Assembly (NCBI GenBank): GCA_903901225.1
Contig: CAIUQE010000020.1
Location: 5,092-69,091, forward strand
Direction of reading: 5' to 3'
DNA: 64,000 bases
DNA from: Candidatus Omnitrophota bacterium
Lineage (GTDB): Bacteria; Omnitrophota; Gorgyraeia; Zapsychrales; Fredricksoniimonadaceae
The notes under the pieces were generated by a model that worked only from the letters and a program-made list of their open reading frames with translations, did no database searches and was not told where the DNA came from. Shown here in pieces: positions 20,242 to 29,517 of the stretch. The position numbers were made by a program, and so were the translations under genes. Position 1 is the first letter of the stretch. Every line of letters starts with the position of its first letter.

Positions 20242-21191
20242 AGCAGGATGTCCCCCGCGATGCGTTTGACAAGTTTACCGTCGGGCATCCGCACCAGAAG
20301 GCCACCGTCCTCCGCGAGGTCCTCAGCGATCCCGGCGCGTTGTTCGCCGCGTTCCACGAAACGCACCCGTACCCCGAGCGTCGCGGAACGCTTTTTCCAC
20401 TCCGGCAACACAGCGCCGGCTCCGCTTTTAAGGAACGCGGCATAACGGCCCTCGAATTTGCGCAGCACTTCCTGGAAAAGGGCGACCCGCGGCACGGCGT
20501 GCCCCGCCTCCACCCGCAGCGATGTGGCTTCGGGCAAAAGTTGTGTCGCAAGATTGTTGACGTTGATGCCGACCCCGACGATCACGTACTGCACGCGGTC
20601 GGTCTCCGCGCGCAATTCCGTGAGAATGCCGCAAAGCTTCTTCCCGCCCGCGAGGATATCATTGGGCCATTTGATGCGCGGCTTGACGGCGGGAACAACC
20701 TTTTCGACAGCTTCGCTCAGCGCGACAGCGGCCGCGAGGGTCAGCAGCGGCGCCTGTGACGGGGGTATCCTGGGGCGTAAAATAAGGGAGAAATAAATGC
20801 CTTTGGAACGGGGGGACGACCAATTCCGCCCGAGGCGGCCACGGCCCCTGGTCTGCGCTTCGGCGACAACGACCGTGCCCTCGACCGCGCCCTCCAGCGC
20901 AAGCTGAAAAGCCTCGTCCATCGTCGAGCCGGTGCTGTCAAAATGGCGTATCTCGCAACCGAACTTGCGGGTCCCCAGGCCAGGCTGGATCTCTGTCGGA
21001 AAAAGAAGGTCAGGGGCGGAAACAAAACGGTAACCGCGGTGCGGGAACGCCTCGATCTCATAACCGAGCGCGCGCAGCTGGTCCATGTGTTTCCAGATCG
21101 CCGCGCGGCTGATGCGCAGCGTCCGGCTTATATCTTCACCGGAAAGATAACCTTCATGGGACCTGAGGGAGGAGAGTATCCTGGCCAGCAT
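20238..21191 (-). CDS. birA: bifunctional biotin-[acetyl-CoA-carboxylase] ligase / bio operon repressor BirA
   Basis: N-terminal HTH (ISRAAIWKHMDQLRALG), GRGRxGRxW ligase motif (TRGRGRLGRNW) and KWPNDIL. Confidence 0.85.
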   Translation of the reverse strand: MLARILSSLRSHEGYLSGEDISRTLRISRAAIWKHMDQLRALGYEIEAFPHRGYRFVSAPDLLFPTEIQPGLGTRKFGCEIRHFDSTGSTMDEAFQLALEGAVEGTVVVAEAQTRGRGRLGRNWSSPRSKGIYFSLILRPRIPPSQAPLLTLAAAVALSEAVEKVVPAVKPRIKWPNDILAGGKKLCGILTELRAETDRVQYVIVGVGINVNNLATQLLPEATSLRVEAGHAVPRVALFQEVLRKFEGRYAAFLKSGAGAVLPEWKKRSATLGVRVRFVERGEQRAGIAEDLAEDGGLLVRMPDGKLVKRIAGDILL

Positions 21192-21219
21192 CCAAGTATT
21201 TTACCGGCCGGCGGATCGA

Positions 21220-21252
21220 TTGTCAACCTTGTTGATGGAAGTGGTTTACGAT
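21220..21252 (-). promoter_or_regulatory. candidate BirA operator (bioO-like imperfect inverted repeat) upstream of birA
   Basis: TTGTCAACC-N15-GGTTTACGA resembles the E. coli bioO half-sites TTGTAAACC / GGTTTACAA; lies ~30-60 bp upstream of the birA start. Confidence 0.45.
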
Positions 21253-21263
21253 GGGAAGAACAT

Positions 21264-21347
21264 GCCGAAGGTGGGACTCGAACCCACATGCCCGTGAGGA
21301 CATCGGTTTTTGAGACCGACGCGTATACCAATTCCGCCACTTCGGCG
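21264..21347 (-). tRNA. tRNA-Leu (anticodon CAA), long variable arm, no encoded CCA
   Basis: Manual fold: acceptor GCCGAAG/CTTCGGC, anticodon stem TCGGT/ACCGA, loop CUCAAAA, GGTTCGAGTCC T-arm; 84 nt. Confidence 0.85.
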
Positions 21348-21381
21348 CAAGCGCGTGAAACCAGGGGGAAGATGATAAAAG

Positions 21382-21455
21382 TGGAGCCGATGGGGGTCGA
21401 ACCCACGACCTCCTGCATGCCATGCAGGCGCTCTCCCAAACTGAGCTACGGCCCC
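21382..21455 (-). tRNA. tRNA-Ala (anticodon GGC) with the G3:U70 identity pair
   Basis: GGGGCCGTAGCTCAGTTTGGGAGAGCG...CCTGC-ATGGCAT-GCAGG...GGTTCGACCCCCATCGGCTCCA; G3:U70 wobble present. Confidence 0.85.
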
Positions 21456-21461
21456 GTAAAA

Positions 21462-21653
21462 CTATGCTTTGGCTTCAGCGGCAGACGCGGCGGCCGCGGC
21501 AGCGTCATCCTTCTGCTTCTTCACGAAGGCCTGCCACGACGCCTTGTTCAGGAAATATTTGCCGTTACGGAAATAACGTTTGCGGCGCTTGATCGCCTTG
21601 CCGCTGTGCGCGCACTTGAACTTCCATTCATTCTCAGGCTTGACCTTACCCAT
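21462..21653 (-). CDS. small basic hypothetical protein (63 aa) with poly-Ala tail
   Basis: Lys/Arg-rich ORF immediately upstream of the tRNA pair; no recognised motif. Confidence 0.3.
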   Translation of the reverse strand: MGKVKPENEWKFKCAHSGKAIKRRKRYFRNGKYFLNKASWQAFVKKQKDDAAAAAASAAEAKA

Positions 21654-21796
21654 ACGTCCAAAACTCCTTTTTCATATCCACTTTCCAACCTCCCCTGCCA
21701 CCCGGCAGGTAGGGCGAAAGATGAGGCGTATTATAGTCACGCCCCTGTGTTCACGCAACAGTATTCTTTTTACAAGAGAAAAAAACATCCCCCGGA

Positions 21797-22324
21797 TCAA
21801 AAGAACAGCAAAAACCCGTTGAGGAAATACACGAACCCCGCCACGCCGATCGCGAGCCCGCACAGCCAGGACGACCTTTGTTTCAACAGCGAGCCGATCG
21901 CGGAGAGCATGATCGCGATCTGGAAGAACATCACTGCCAGGCCAAAATTCCCGCCGTGGCGCTTGAGCTCGCCCTGGCGGCTCGACAGCCCTTCCGCCTC
22001 AGTCTTGATCGCCGCCTTCTCCTTGTCGTAACGCGCGATATTATCTTCCACGGCCTTGATCTTGCCACGCAGCTCATCCTTGACCGCCGCGGGATTATCT
22101 TTCAGTAATTCGATCTTTACGAGATCAAGCTCCATTTCCGTAACATGCTGCTTGATGCTCTTCGATTGAAAATAAGACCACTTATTATTCTCCTGCGTGG
22201 TCATCAGCTGGACTTGTGTCGAGAAACCGCCGCCCTTGAGCGACGCGATCGCCGCGCAAACCGCAAGAATGGTTGTTGTCAGCGCCACCCACTTGAGCCA
22301 TTTTTCCTGAACATCACCCGCCAT
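21797..22324 (-). CDS. membrane protein, DUF4337-like (N- and C-terminal TM helices flanking a coiled coil)
   Basis: Hydrophobic helices at both ends; central Lys/Glu-rich heptad region. Confidence 0.4.
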   Translation of the reverse strand: MAGDVQEKWLKWVALTTTILAVCAAIASLKGGGFSTQVQLMTTQENNKWSYFQSKSIKQHVTEMELDLVKIELLKDNPAAVKDELRGKIKAVEDNIARYDKEKAAIKTEAEGLSSRQGELKRHGGNFGLAVMFFQIAIMLSAIGSLLKQRSSWLCGLAIGVAGFVYFLNGFLLFF

Positions 22325-22356
22325 AGATCCCTCCTGATCGATCGTTTATTTTTATC

Positions 22357-22899
22357 TTAAACTGCCCCGGCTCTTGCCCGAGCCTCGGCCATGCGGGCCT
22401 CGGCCACATTCTTATAAATAGCCAGGATCACGGCCTGGACCGCGATCACACCCCATACCGAAAAAGCCAGGCCAAGGGGCTTCCCTCCCGAGATCATCAA
22501 TGACGCGGCCGGAAAGCCAAGCGCCGCGGCGCCGGGAAGCTCAACCCAGGCCAGGCGTTTGCCCCTGCGGCGCGCCACAACGCGCTGGACGATAATGAAC
22601 GGCGCCGCGCACAGGACCCCCAGCATGAACGGTGCGTGATGGACTTCGTATGAAATAATAAAACACGCGTGGGCCACTATCCCGAGGATGATCGCCGGCA
22701 CGAAAGCCTTGCCGCGCAACGATTGCCCCATTAAGAACGCCAGCGCCAGCCCAAGCGCCAGGATACCGCTCTGCCAGCTTGGCGCCACGGCAAAGCCGAT
22801 GACCAGCGCTTCAACAAAAATGTCCAGGCCATCGTAATGCGACGATCCTGTGATCTTGTTCAATAATCCCGCGCCCATACAACTCCTGAAATATCCCAA
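22357..22899 (-). CDS. polytopic membrane protein, unknown function
   Basis: Five or more hydrophobic segments; no motif recognised. Confidence 0.4.
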   Translation of the reverse strand: MGYFRSCMGAGLLNKITGSSHYDGLDIFVEALVIGFAVAPSWQSGILALGLALAFLMGQSLRGKAFVPAIILGIVAHACFIISYEVHHAPFMLGVLCAAPFIIVQRVVARRRGKRLAWVELPGAAALGFPAASLMISGGKPLGLAFSVWGVIAVQAVILAIYKNVAEARMAEARARAGAV

Positions 22900-22922
22900 C
22901 CAAAAGACAAATCGAATTTTTT

Positions 22923-23351
22923 ATGCTAAACTTCAAACATATGAAAAAAACAGCCTTCTATATTATTCTTTTCTATGCGCTCATACCCAACGCGCACGCG
23001 TCCGACATCAAGGTCATCACGCTCCAGAACGGCGCCATCACATCCACCACAACGACGACACCTTCTCAACAGCTTACGGCAACTCCCGGCGCAACGGGAT
23101 CCGCCCGTATTACGGCGACACCGGAATTCCAGTCCATGCAAAACAGGATCCTGGCCGACCCCCAGGTCATGGGCGATATCCAGCAAATGGTCCAGGATCC
23201 CGAGATCATGGCCCTGCTGGCAGACCCGACCCTGCTCGCCGCGATCCAGTCGGGGAACGCGGCCAGCCTCCAGGCCGACCCGCGCATCAAAAAACTTTCC
23301 GAAAATCCCAAAGTCCAGGCCCTGATAGGAAAACTCCAGGCCAAACCCTGA
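22923..23351 (+). CDS. secreted protein with Thr-rich linker and DP/STI1-like repeat tail
   Basis: Signal peptide (ALIPNAHA), TTTTTPS stretch, repeated ADPxxM/LLADP units. Confidence 0.45.
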   Translation: MLNFKHMKKTAFYIILFYALIPNAHASDIKVITLQNGAITSTTTTTPSQQLTATPGATGSARITATPEFQSMQNRILADPQVMGDIQQMVQDPEIMALLADPTLLAAIQSGNAASLQADPRIKKLSENPKVQALIGKLQAKP

Positions 23352-23356
23352 CCCCA

Positions 23357-24382
23357 TCACACCGCATTGCGCAATTGGCCGCAAGCCGCCGCGATATCCT
23401 TGCCGCGAGGCGTGCGAAATGTCGTGACGATACCGCGCTCCTGCAATGATGCCCGGAACCGGCCGATCTCATCCCGCGACGAAGGCTTGTGCGGGAATTC
23501 CCCGACGGGATTGCACGCGATGAAATTGATCTTGCACAGCCAGCCACGCAATATTTCATACAGCTCATCCGCGCATTTGTCCGTGCACGTCAGGCCCTTG
23601 ATCAGGATATATTCAAAGGTCACCTGCCGGTCCGTCTTCCGCGCGTAAGCGCGGCAGGCCTTCATCAATGCCGCCAGCGGATACTTGCGGTTAACAGGCA
23701 TGAGGCTGGAACGCAACGCGTCATTGGACGCGTGCAATGAAACCGAAAGTTCCACCTGCAACCCCTCACCGGCCAGCCGTTCGATCCCGGGAAGAACACC
23801 GCATGTGGAGATCGTGATGCGCCGCGCCGCAATGTGCAGCGCTTCGGGCGCGTTCAAGAGGCGCACCGCTTTCAGGACATTGTCATAATTGTCAAAAGGT
23901 TCACCAACCCCCATGAACACGATGTGCGTGACCTCGCCCGCGTCGGCGCAGGCCTTCTTCGCCAGGAGAACCTGACCGATGATCTCGCCGGGAGTCAGGT
24001 CCCTCTTCCAGCCGCCCAGGCCGCTCGCGCAAAAACCGCAGCCGAACTTGCAGCCCGCCTGGGAAGAAATGCAAAGGGTCGCGCGTTTTTCCGCGGGAAT
24101 AAAGACCGACTCCACGCGCTGGCCATCACAAAGCCCGAACAGGAACTTGCGGGTCCCGTCTTCGGAGAGGTGCATCTCTATCTGGCGCATATCAGGGAAA
24201 GGGAACTGGCGGGACAACTTCGCGCGCAAGGCACCCGGCAGGCTCGACATGGCCTCCCAGGCAAATGACCTTTTTTTATAGATCCAGTCGAAGACCTGGC
24301 CCGCGCGATACTCCGGCTCACCATCAGCTTTCAGGTGCGCCGTCAGTTCAGCCAGCGTCAGGTCGCAAATGGAGGGCGCCAT
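23357..24382 (-). CDS. rlmN: 23S rRNA/tRNA (adenine-C2)-methyltransferase RlmN (radical SAM)
   Basis: ATLCISSQAGCKFGCGFCASG radical-SAM motif and overall RlmN conservation. Confidence 0.9.
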   Translation of the reverse strand: MAPSICDLTLAELTAHLKADGEPEYRAGQVFDWIYKKRSFAWEAMSSLPGALRAKLSRQFPFPDMRQIEMHLSEDGTRKFLFGLCDGQRVESVFIPAEKRATLCISSQAGCKFGCGFCASGLGGWKRDLTPGEIIGQVLLAKKACADAGEVTHIVFMGVGEPFDNYDNVLKAVRLLNAPEALHIAARRITISTCGVLPGIERLAGEGLQVELSVSLHASNDALRSSLMPVNRKYPLAALMKACRAYARKTDRQVTFEYILIKGLTCTDKCADELYEILRGWLCKINFIACNPVGEFPHKPSSRDEIGRFRASLQERGIVTTFRTPRGKDIAAACGQLRNAV

Positions 24383-24384
24383 GA

Positions 24385-25347
24385 CTACCTCTGGTCAGGG
24401 GAAATGAACGCGCCGATCTTGCGGAACTTGGCGTAACGCCGTTCGATCAGCTCGTCATGGTCCAGGCCTTTGAGGCGTTTGAGCTGTTTAACGATCGCGG
24501 CCTTCAACGTATCGGCAACTTGCTGCGGCTCGTAATGCGCCCCGCCGAGCGGCTCGGGGATGATCTCGTCGACAATGCCGAACTTGATAAGATATTCACC
24601 CGTGAGCTTGAGCGCCTCGGCGGCATCGGGCGCTTTGGAAGCGCTGCGCCAGAGGATCGACGCGCACCCCTCGGGGGAAATGACGGAATAATAAGCGTTC
24701 TGCAGGATCAGCACCTGGTCGGCGACGCCGACACCCAAGGCGCCACCGCTGCCCCCTTCACCGATGATCGTGGCCACGATGGGCGTGCGGACCTGCGCCA
24801 TGTCGCGCAGGTTCTCGGCGATCGCCTGGGCCTGCCCGCGCTCTTCAGCGCCGATACCCGGATAAGCGCCCGGCGTATCGATGAAAATAACGACCGGAAT
24901 GCCGAAACGTTCGGCCAGGCGCATCAGGCGCATGGCCTTGCGGTAACCTTCAGGATGGGCGCAGCCGAAATTGCGCTTGATGTTCTCGGAGGTGTCGCGG
25001 CCCTTCTGGTGCCCCATGACGACCACATGCTCGCCGTCGATCGTCGCCATGCCCCCCACGATCGCGAGGTCATCCGCGAACAGCCTGTCGCCGTGGAGTT
25101 CCACAAAATCCGTGGTCATCATCCGGATGTAATCCAGCGTGTACGGCCTTTTGGTGTGGCGCGCGATCTGGATGCGCTGCCATGCCGTGAGCTTGTGGTA
25201 CACCTTGGCCTTGATCTCTTCCATCTTCTGTTCAAGCTTTTTGATCTCGGGATCGAAATCCACGTGCTTGTGATTTAATTTTCGCAGTTCCGCGATCTTC
25301 TGCTCGATCTCAATGATGGGTTTCTCGAATTCCAGGGCCATCGTCAC
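24385..25347 (-). CDS. accA: acetyl-CoA carboxylase carboxyltransferase alpha subunit
   Basis: FIDTPGAYPGIGAEERGQ and IGEGGSGGAL motifs. Confidence 0.9.
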   Translation of the reverse strand: MTMALEFEKPIIEIEQKIAELRKLNHKHVDFDPEIKKLEQKMEEIKAKVYHKLTAWQRIQIARHTKRPYTLDYIRMMTTDFVELHGDRLFADDLAIVGGMATIDGEHVVVMGHQKGRDTSENIKRNFGCAHPEGYRKAMRLMRLAERFGIPVVIFIDTPGAYPGIGAEERGQAQAIAENLRDMAQVRTPIVATIIGEGGSGGALGVGVADQVLILQNAYYSVISPEGCASILWRSASKAPDAAEALKLTGEYLIKFGIVDEIIPEPLGGAHYEPQQVADTLKAAIVKQLKRLKGLDHDELIERRYAKFRKIGAFISPDQR

Positions 25348-26141
25348 TCCTGTATGAGCACTTGCGTCCCGACAGGGACGATCTTGTAAAGTTCTTCGAC
25401 GTCGCTGTTGCGCATGCGCACGCAGCCGGCCGTGATCTGCTGGCCGATCTTGTCAGGCTGGACGGTACCATGGATGCCGTAACCCTGCTTGTCGAGCCCC
25501 ATCCAGCGGCTGCCCAGCGCGTTATCCGGGCTTTCAGGCGGGATGATGGCATTCTGCTTATACCAGACCGGATTCTCGATCTTATTGGTGATCTTGAACG
25601 TCCCCGCCGGCGTGGAGGCGTTGGCGCCGGTTGAAACATTGTAAACCTTGAAAATATCCTCATCGCTCTTCAACATCAGCGTGTTCTGCGTCTTGTTGAC
25701 AACGATCGAGAATTTGCCGGACCACACGCGTAATCTCTGGCCCAAGCGCACCACATCCGATCCAAGGCCATTCGATGCTTTGACCAGGTCCATCGTAACA
25801 TTGTATTTCCGGCATATCTTGCCCAACGTGTCGCCCAGAACCACCTCATGCGTCACGGCCTGGGGAGCCGGGATATCCGAGAACAGGAATTTTATGTTAA
25901 GGGCATACAAGTCTTGTTCAACCTGTTCGATGTCCTTGAAATCAGAATGTTCGGTAATGATCTGCTGCAGGGCCGCCCTGGCATCTACCACCTTGCCTTC
26001 GGTGATCATGGACTTCGCCTTCTCATAAAGGCCGTCCGTGGGAGACGCAAGCAATTTCGCGGCCTTGCCGCCGACCTGCCCGCACCCGGCCAACAACGCG
26101 CTCACCAGCACCACAGCTATAAATAAGGACCTGCGCATCAT
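25344..26141 (-). CDS. lipoprotein L,D-transpeptidase (LysM + YkuD domains)
   Basis: LAGC lipobox; LysM-like HEVVLGDTLGKI; catalytic HGT..GCVRM. Confidence 0.8.
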   Translation of the reverse strand: MMRRSLFIAVVLVSALLAGCGQVGGKAAKLLASPTDGLYEKAKSMITEGKVVDARAALQQIITEHSDFKDIEQVEQDLYALNIKFLFSDIPAPQAVTHEVVLGDTLGKICRKYNVTMDLVKASNGLGSDVVRLGQRLRVWSGKFSIVVNKTQNTLMLKSDEDIFKVYNVSTGANASTPAGTFKITNKIENPVWYKQNAIIPPESPDNALGSRWMGLDKQGYGIHGTVQPDKIGQQITAGCVRMRNSDVEELYKIVPVGTQVLIQE

Positions 26142-26147
26142 ACCTCC

Positions 26148-26609
26148 TCAGTAAAGCAAAACCGCCAGGCTGAAGCCCAGGATGGACCCGACAAGGACCT
26201 GGATGGGCGTATGCCCCACAAACTCCTTGATCCGGGCCACCTCAACCTGCTTATGCCAGTACATATCATCAATGACCTTGTTAAGGACTTCCGCCTGTTC
26301 TCCGGCCTGGCGCCGGACACCCTGGGCATCGAACATCGTGACCATGGCGAATACCGCGGCCAAAGCGAACAGGCCTGAATTGAAACCGTATTCCAATCCG
26401 CAACTGGTTGCGAGTGCCGCGACACCGGCCGCATGACTGGAAGGCATGCCCCCGGTCCCGATAAACCAGCGGAAATTAAACCTCTTGCCCCGCAAGATGT
26501 TAATAATGATCTTGATCCCCTGCCCAATGACCCAGACAGAGAGCGTGATCGTGAATATTTTATTCTGGAACATCTGGGTGAACGCACCCGAAAGGTCAAA
26601 TGCATGCAT
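26148..26609 (-). CDS. divergent PAP2 family membrane protein (DUF212-like)
   Basis: GMPSSHAA motif and ~150-aa size typical of PF02681. Confidence 0.6.
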   Translation of the reverse strand: MHAFDLSGAFTQMFQNKIFTITLSVWVIGQGIKIIINILRGKRFNFRWFIGTGGMPSSHAAGVAALATSCGLEYGFNSGLFALAAVFAMVTMFDAQGVRRQAGEQAEVLNKVIDDMYWHKQVEVARIKEFVGHTPIQVLVGSILGFSLAVLLY

Positions 26610-26784
26610 ACGGACACATCGGATAAAAAGGTTTCTCTAATAATATTACGGAGGTCATTATATCCGGCAAGCTCCAAAAAGCAAGTAAAAGCCATATTTG
26701 ACCAGAACCCGGCCCTATGGTATAAAGGTCATGCCTTATCCCCCCGTAACGCACCCTCTCACGGTCCAGCAGAGAGGGGTTTTC

Positions 26785-28326
26785 ATGCTTGCCAGATCAT
26801 TCAGTTTCGGACTCAACGGCCTTGATGCTTACCCGGTCACCATCGAAGTGGATGTGGGCAAAGGATTGCCCGCGCTCACCATCGTCGGCTTGCCCGACAG
26901 CGCCATCCGCGAAAGCAAGGAACGCGTGCGTTCGGCCATCAAGAATTCAGGCTTCACCTTTCCATCCGCGAGGATCACCATCAATCTCGCTCCCGCGGAC
27001 ATACCCAAGGAAGGCCCCTGCTTTGACCTGCCCCTGGCGCTGGGGCTCCTTGGCGCGACAGAACAGCTCCCCCTGGATAACCTGGCACGGTTCGCCGCCC
27101 TGGGTGAACTGTCACTGACCGGGAACATCAAGGCTGTCAACGGGGTCCTCCCGGCCTCCATCGCTTCCACCATCCAAAACACGGAAAAACTCGAAGGCCT
27201 GATCGTGCCTCGCCCCAACGCTGAAGAAGCCGCCCTTGCCGACAACGCGCGGATATTCCCCTGTGAAACCCTCACGCAAGCCGTAGCGTTCCTCCATGAC
27301 CCCGGAGCCACGGAAAAATTCACACCTTCAGAGAAAGCCGCGCCAGCTTTACCAGAGAACGGGCAAAACCAGGACTTCGCGGATGTCAAAGGCCAAACTT
27401 TGGTCAAGCGGGGGCTTGAGGTGGCGTCGGCCGGAGGGCACAACACCCTGCTCATCGGCCCCCCGGGCAGCGGCAAAACCATGCTGGCCCGAAGATTCCC
27501 CTCGATCCTTCCCCCTTTGAGCCGGGAAGAAGCCCTTGAGGTGACCAAGATCCATTCCATTGCCGGCCTCACGACACCCGGCGCCGCGCTTGCCATGGAA
27601 CGGCCGTTCCGCTCACCTCACCATACGGCTTCTACAGTATCGCTCGTGGGCGGAGGATCTGGCCCCAGGCCCGGCGAAGTGACGCTCGCGCATCACGGCG
27701 TCCTCTTCCTGGACGAGCTTCCCGAGTTCTCGCGCACCACGCTTGAAGCCCTGCGCCAGCCCCTGGAAGACCGGCACATCACCATCGCGCGCGCGGCCAA
27801 AACACTGCGCTTCCCCACAAAATTCATCCTCCTCGGCGCGATGAACCCCTGCCCGTGCGGGCATCTGGGCGACCGCAAGAAAGCCTGCCGCTGTGCCAGC
27901 ACACAGATCCATCACTACCGCGCCAAGATCTCGGGCCCTTTACTGGACCGCATTGACATCCATCTCGAGGTCCCCGGCCTTAAAACCGATGAACTTACGG
28001 CCGCGCCGTCAGGAGAACCGTCAGAGCTGATCCGGGAACGGGTGATCAAGGCGCGGGGCCGCCAGATGAAGCGCTTTAACGGTGAGAAAATATATGCCAA
28101 CGCGCAAATGTCGCACCGGCATATCCGCAAATTCTGCCAGCTGGATAAAACGGCGCACAACCTTCTGGCCAACGCCGTCGAGACACTCGGGCTTTCGGCA
28201 CGCGCCTATGACAAGGTCCTGCGCCTGGCGCGCACCATCGCGGATCTCGATGAAAAAGAGAACATCCTTCCCCAGCATCTGGCCGAAGCGATCGGATACC
28301 GGACGCTGGACCGGGCCGTCGGTTAA
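26785..28326 (+). CDS. yifB: YifB/ComM family Mg-chelatase-like AAA+ ATPase
   Basis: Start at MLARSFSF with an AGAGAGGGG RBS; Walker A GPPGSGKT, Walker B VLFLDEL, C-terminal CPCG zinc-ribbon region. Confidence 0.85.
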   Translation: MLARSFSFGLNGLDAYPVTIEVDVGKGLPALTIVGLPDSAIRESKERVRSAIKNSGFTFPSARITINLAPADIPKEGPCFDLPLALGLLGATEQLPLDNLARFAALGELSLTGNIKAVNGVLPASIASTIQNTEKLEGLIVPRPNAEEAALADNARIFPCETLTQAVAFLHDPGATEKFTPSEKAAPALPENGQNQDFADVKGQTLVKRGLEVASAGGHNTLLIGPPGSGKTMLARRFPSILPPLSREEALEVTKIHSIAGLTTPGAALAMERPFRSPHHTASTVSLVGGGSGPRPGEVTLAHHGVLFLDELPEFSRTTLEALRQPLEDRHITIARAAKTLRFPTKFILLGAMNPCPCGHLGDRKKACRCASTQIHHYRAKISGPLLDRIDIHLEVPGLKTDELTAAPSGEPSELIRERVIKARGRQMKRFNGEKIYANAQMSHRHIRKFCQLDKTAHNLLANAVETLGLSARAYDKVLRLARTIADLDEKENILPQHLAEAIGYRTLDRAVG

Positions 28327-28356
28327 CAAAAAAACGGGGCCCTTCATGGGCCCCGT
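28327..28356 (-). terminator. rho-independent terminator (hairpin ACGGGGCCC-TTCAT-GGGCCCCGT plus T7 on the minus strand); may act on both convergent genes
   Basis: 9-bp GC-rich stem followed, on the minus strand, by TTTTTTT; lies between yifB (+) and the 28381-28623 gene (-). Confidence 0.6.
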
Positions 28357-28380
28357 TGAAAACAGCATTCATTCCCGCCG

Positions 28381-28623
28381 TTATTTTGTCGCAGGCGCAG
28401 GCGTAGCCGCTGGTGCCGTCGTTGTTGCGTCGGCAGCATCCGCTTTCTTGGCCTTCTTGTGACCCTTGCCCTTATGATGTTTAGCCTTTGACTTCTTCAC
28501 GGTCTGACCGGAAGCCGCGTCACCGGCAGCCGCCGAATTTGTGACCGGCGCCGCAGCCGTTTCCGCGAAACTCACCGCGGTGAACATGCCCAGGACAACG
28601 AGTGTTAACAATAACTTCTTCAT
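28381..28623 (-). CDS. small secreted Lys/Ala-rich protein (80 aa)
   Basis: Start at MKKLLLTLVVLGMFTAVSFA (signal peptide); KKSKAKHHKGKGHKKAKK basic tract. Confidence 0.45.
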   Translation of the reverse strand: MKKLLLTLVVLGMFTAVSFAETAAAPVTNSAAAGDAASGQTVKKSKAKHHKGKGHKKAKKADAADATTTAPAATPAPATK

Positions 28624-28672
28624 GACGATCTCCCTTTTCAACTGTTTTTTTATTAAATACCTTTTCCAAAAT

Positions 28673-28939
28673 TTACGCCGCAAAGGGCGGAGGCCGCTCC
28701 TGGCTGGTCAGAAGATACCTTTCAAGGCAGCGCGCCAGCTGGCCCTGTTCAAAATACTCCCGGATAAAAACAACCCCCGGCAAAACGACAGCGAATATAT
28801 CGCCCGGCAGGGCGAACGACGCGGGCTCGAACGACAGGAACGCGACCCGTTCATCCTCAACCGCCGCCGATAACGCCGGACGTCCGAACATGACGAACGC
28901 ACAAAGAATTATCAGGAACACCACAAATATCTTTTTCAT
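28673..28939 (-). CDS. hypothetical small protein with N-terminal hydrophobic segment
   Basis: ORF only; no motif recognised. Confidence 0.25.
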   Translation of the reverse strand: MKKIFVVFLIILCAFVMFGRPALSAAVEDERVAFLSFEPASFALPGDIFAVVLPGVVFIREYFEQGQLARCLERYLLTSQERPPPFAA

Positions 28940-28951
28940 ACCGCCCCGGGA

Positions 28952-29110
28952 TCAAAACAACGTATAAATAAAAGGAGCCACGGCTGAACTCTGAGCAAAA
29001 ATGATCAGCAGGCTCAACAACAACAGAATGATAATGATCGGCGCCAGCCAGAACCGCTTGCGTGTCTTTAAGAAATCCCAGAATTCTTTCACAATGGATA
29101 TTTTGGCCAT
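28952..29110 (-). CDS. DUF5989-like small membrane protein (52 aa), not in the ORF track
   Basis: Hand translation gives MAKISIVKEFWDFLKTRKRFWLAPIIIILLLLSLLIIFAQSSAVAPFIYTLF. From memory, this FW.F...KFWL...LLLL...SAVAPFIYTLF pattern fits the small proteins found next to carbamoyltransferase/SxtJ pairs. Confidence 0.6.
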   Translation of the reverse strand: MAKISIVKEFWDFLKTRKRFWLAPIIIILLLLSLLIIFAQSSAVAPFIYTLF

Positions 29111-29117
29111 ACCCGTC

Positions 29118-29516
29118 TCAAAACTGCTGTAAATACCGCTCTTTCAAAATATTCCCGGACGGACAACGCTGCCAGTACGTGGCCGCGTCCGCGTCCTTTT
29201 TCCGTTGCAAATGATCCTTGCCTGCCAGGCGCAACACAAGGCCGACAGGGACAAAAACAATAAAAAATACAACTCCCAGGATCACCGTCGTCATAATGCT
29301 GCCAATGATCTTGGCAACAGCCATCCACCCGCGGTATCCCGGCTTAAGCGCTTTCCAGCGGAGCAAGGTTACGCCTGTGAAAATAACAGCACAGATAAAA
29401 AACGTTACCGGCGCCCAGGAAAAGCCGTGCCTGAACACGCTGCCAAGGCCAAAGAACAGGGCAATAAGACCCAAACCGTAACCAAAGACGATAACATCTT
29501 TTTGAGCTTTATCCAT
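29118..29516 (-). CDS. SxtJ-like small membrane protein
   Basis: ~130-aa protein with three TM helices located between the carbamoyltransferase and DUF5989 genes. Confidence 0.5.
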   Translation of the reverse strand: MDKAQKDVIVFGYGLGLIALFFGLGSVFRHGFSWAPVTFFICAVIFTGVTLLRWKALKPGYRGWMAVAKIIGSIMTTVILGVVFFIVFVPVGLVLRLAGKDHLQRKKDADAATYWQRCPSGNILKERYLQQF

Positions 29517-29517
29517 A

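Noticed and set aside
21654-21796. Intergenic region with small hairpin CTGCC-ACCC-GGCAG
   Set aside because: The 5-bp stem is too weak to call as a terminator or riboswitch.
26698-26784. Upstream extension of yifB from 26698
   Set aside because: YifB homology begins at MLARSFSF, which is preceded by a good RBS (AGAGAGGGG). The extension adds an unconserved Pro-rich stretch.
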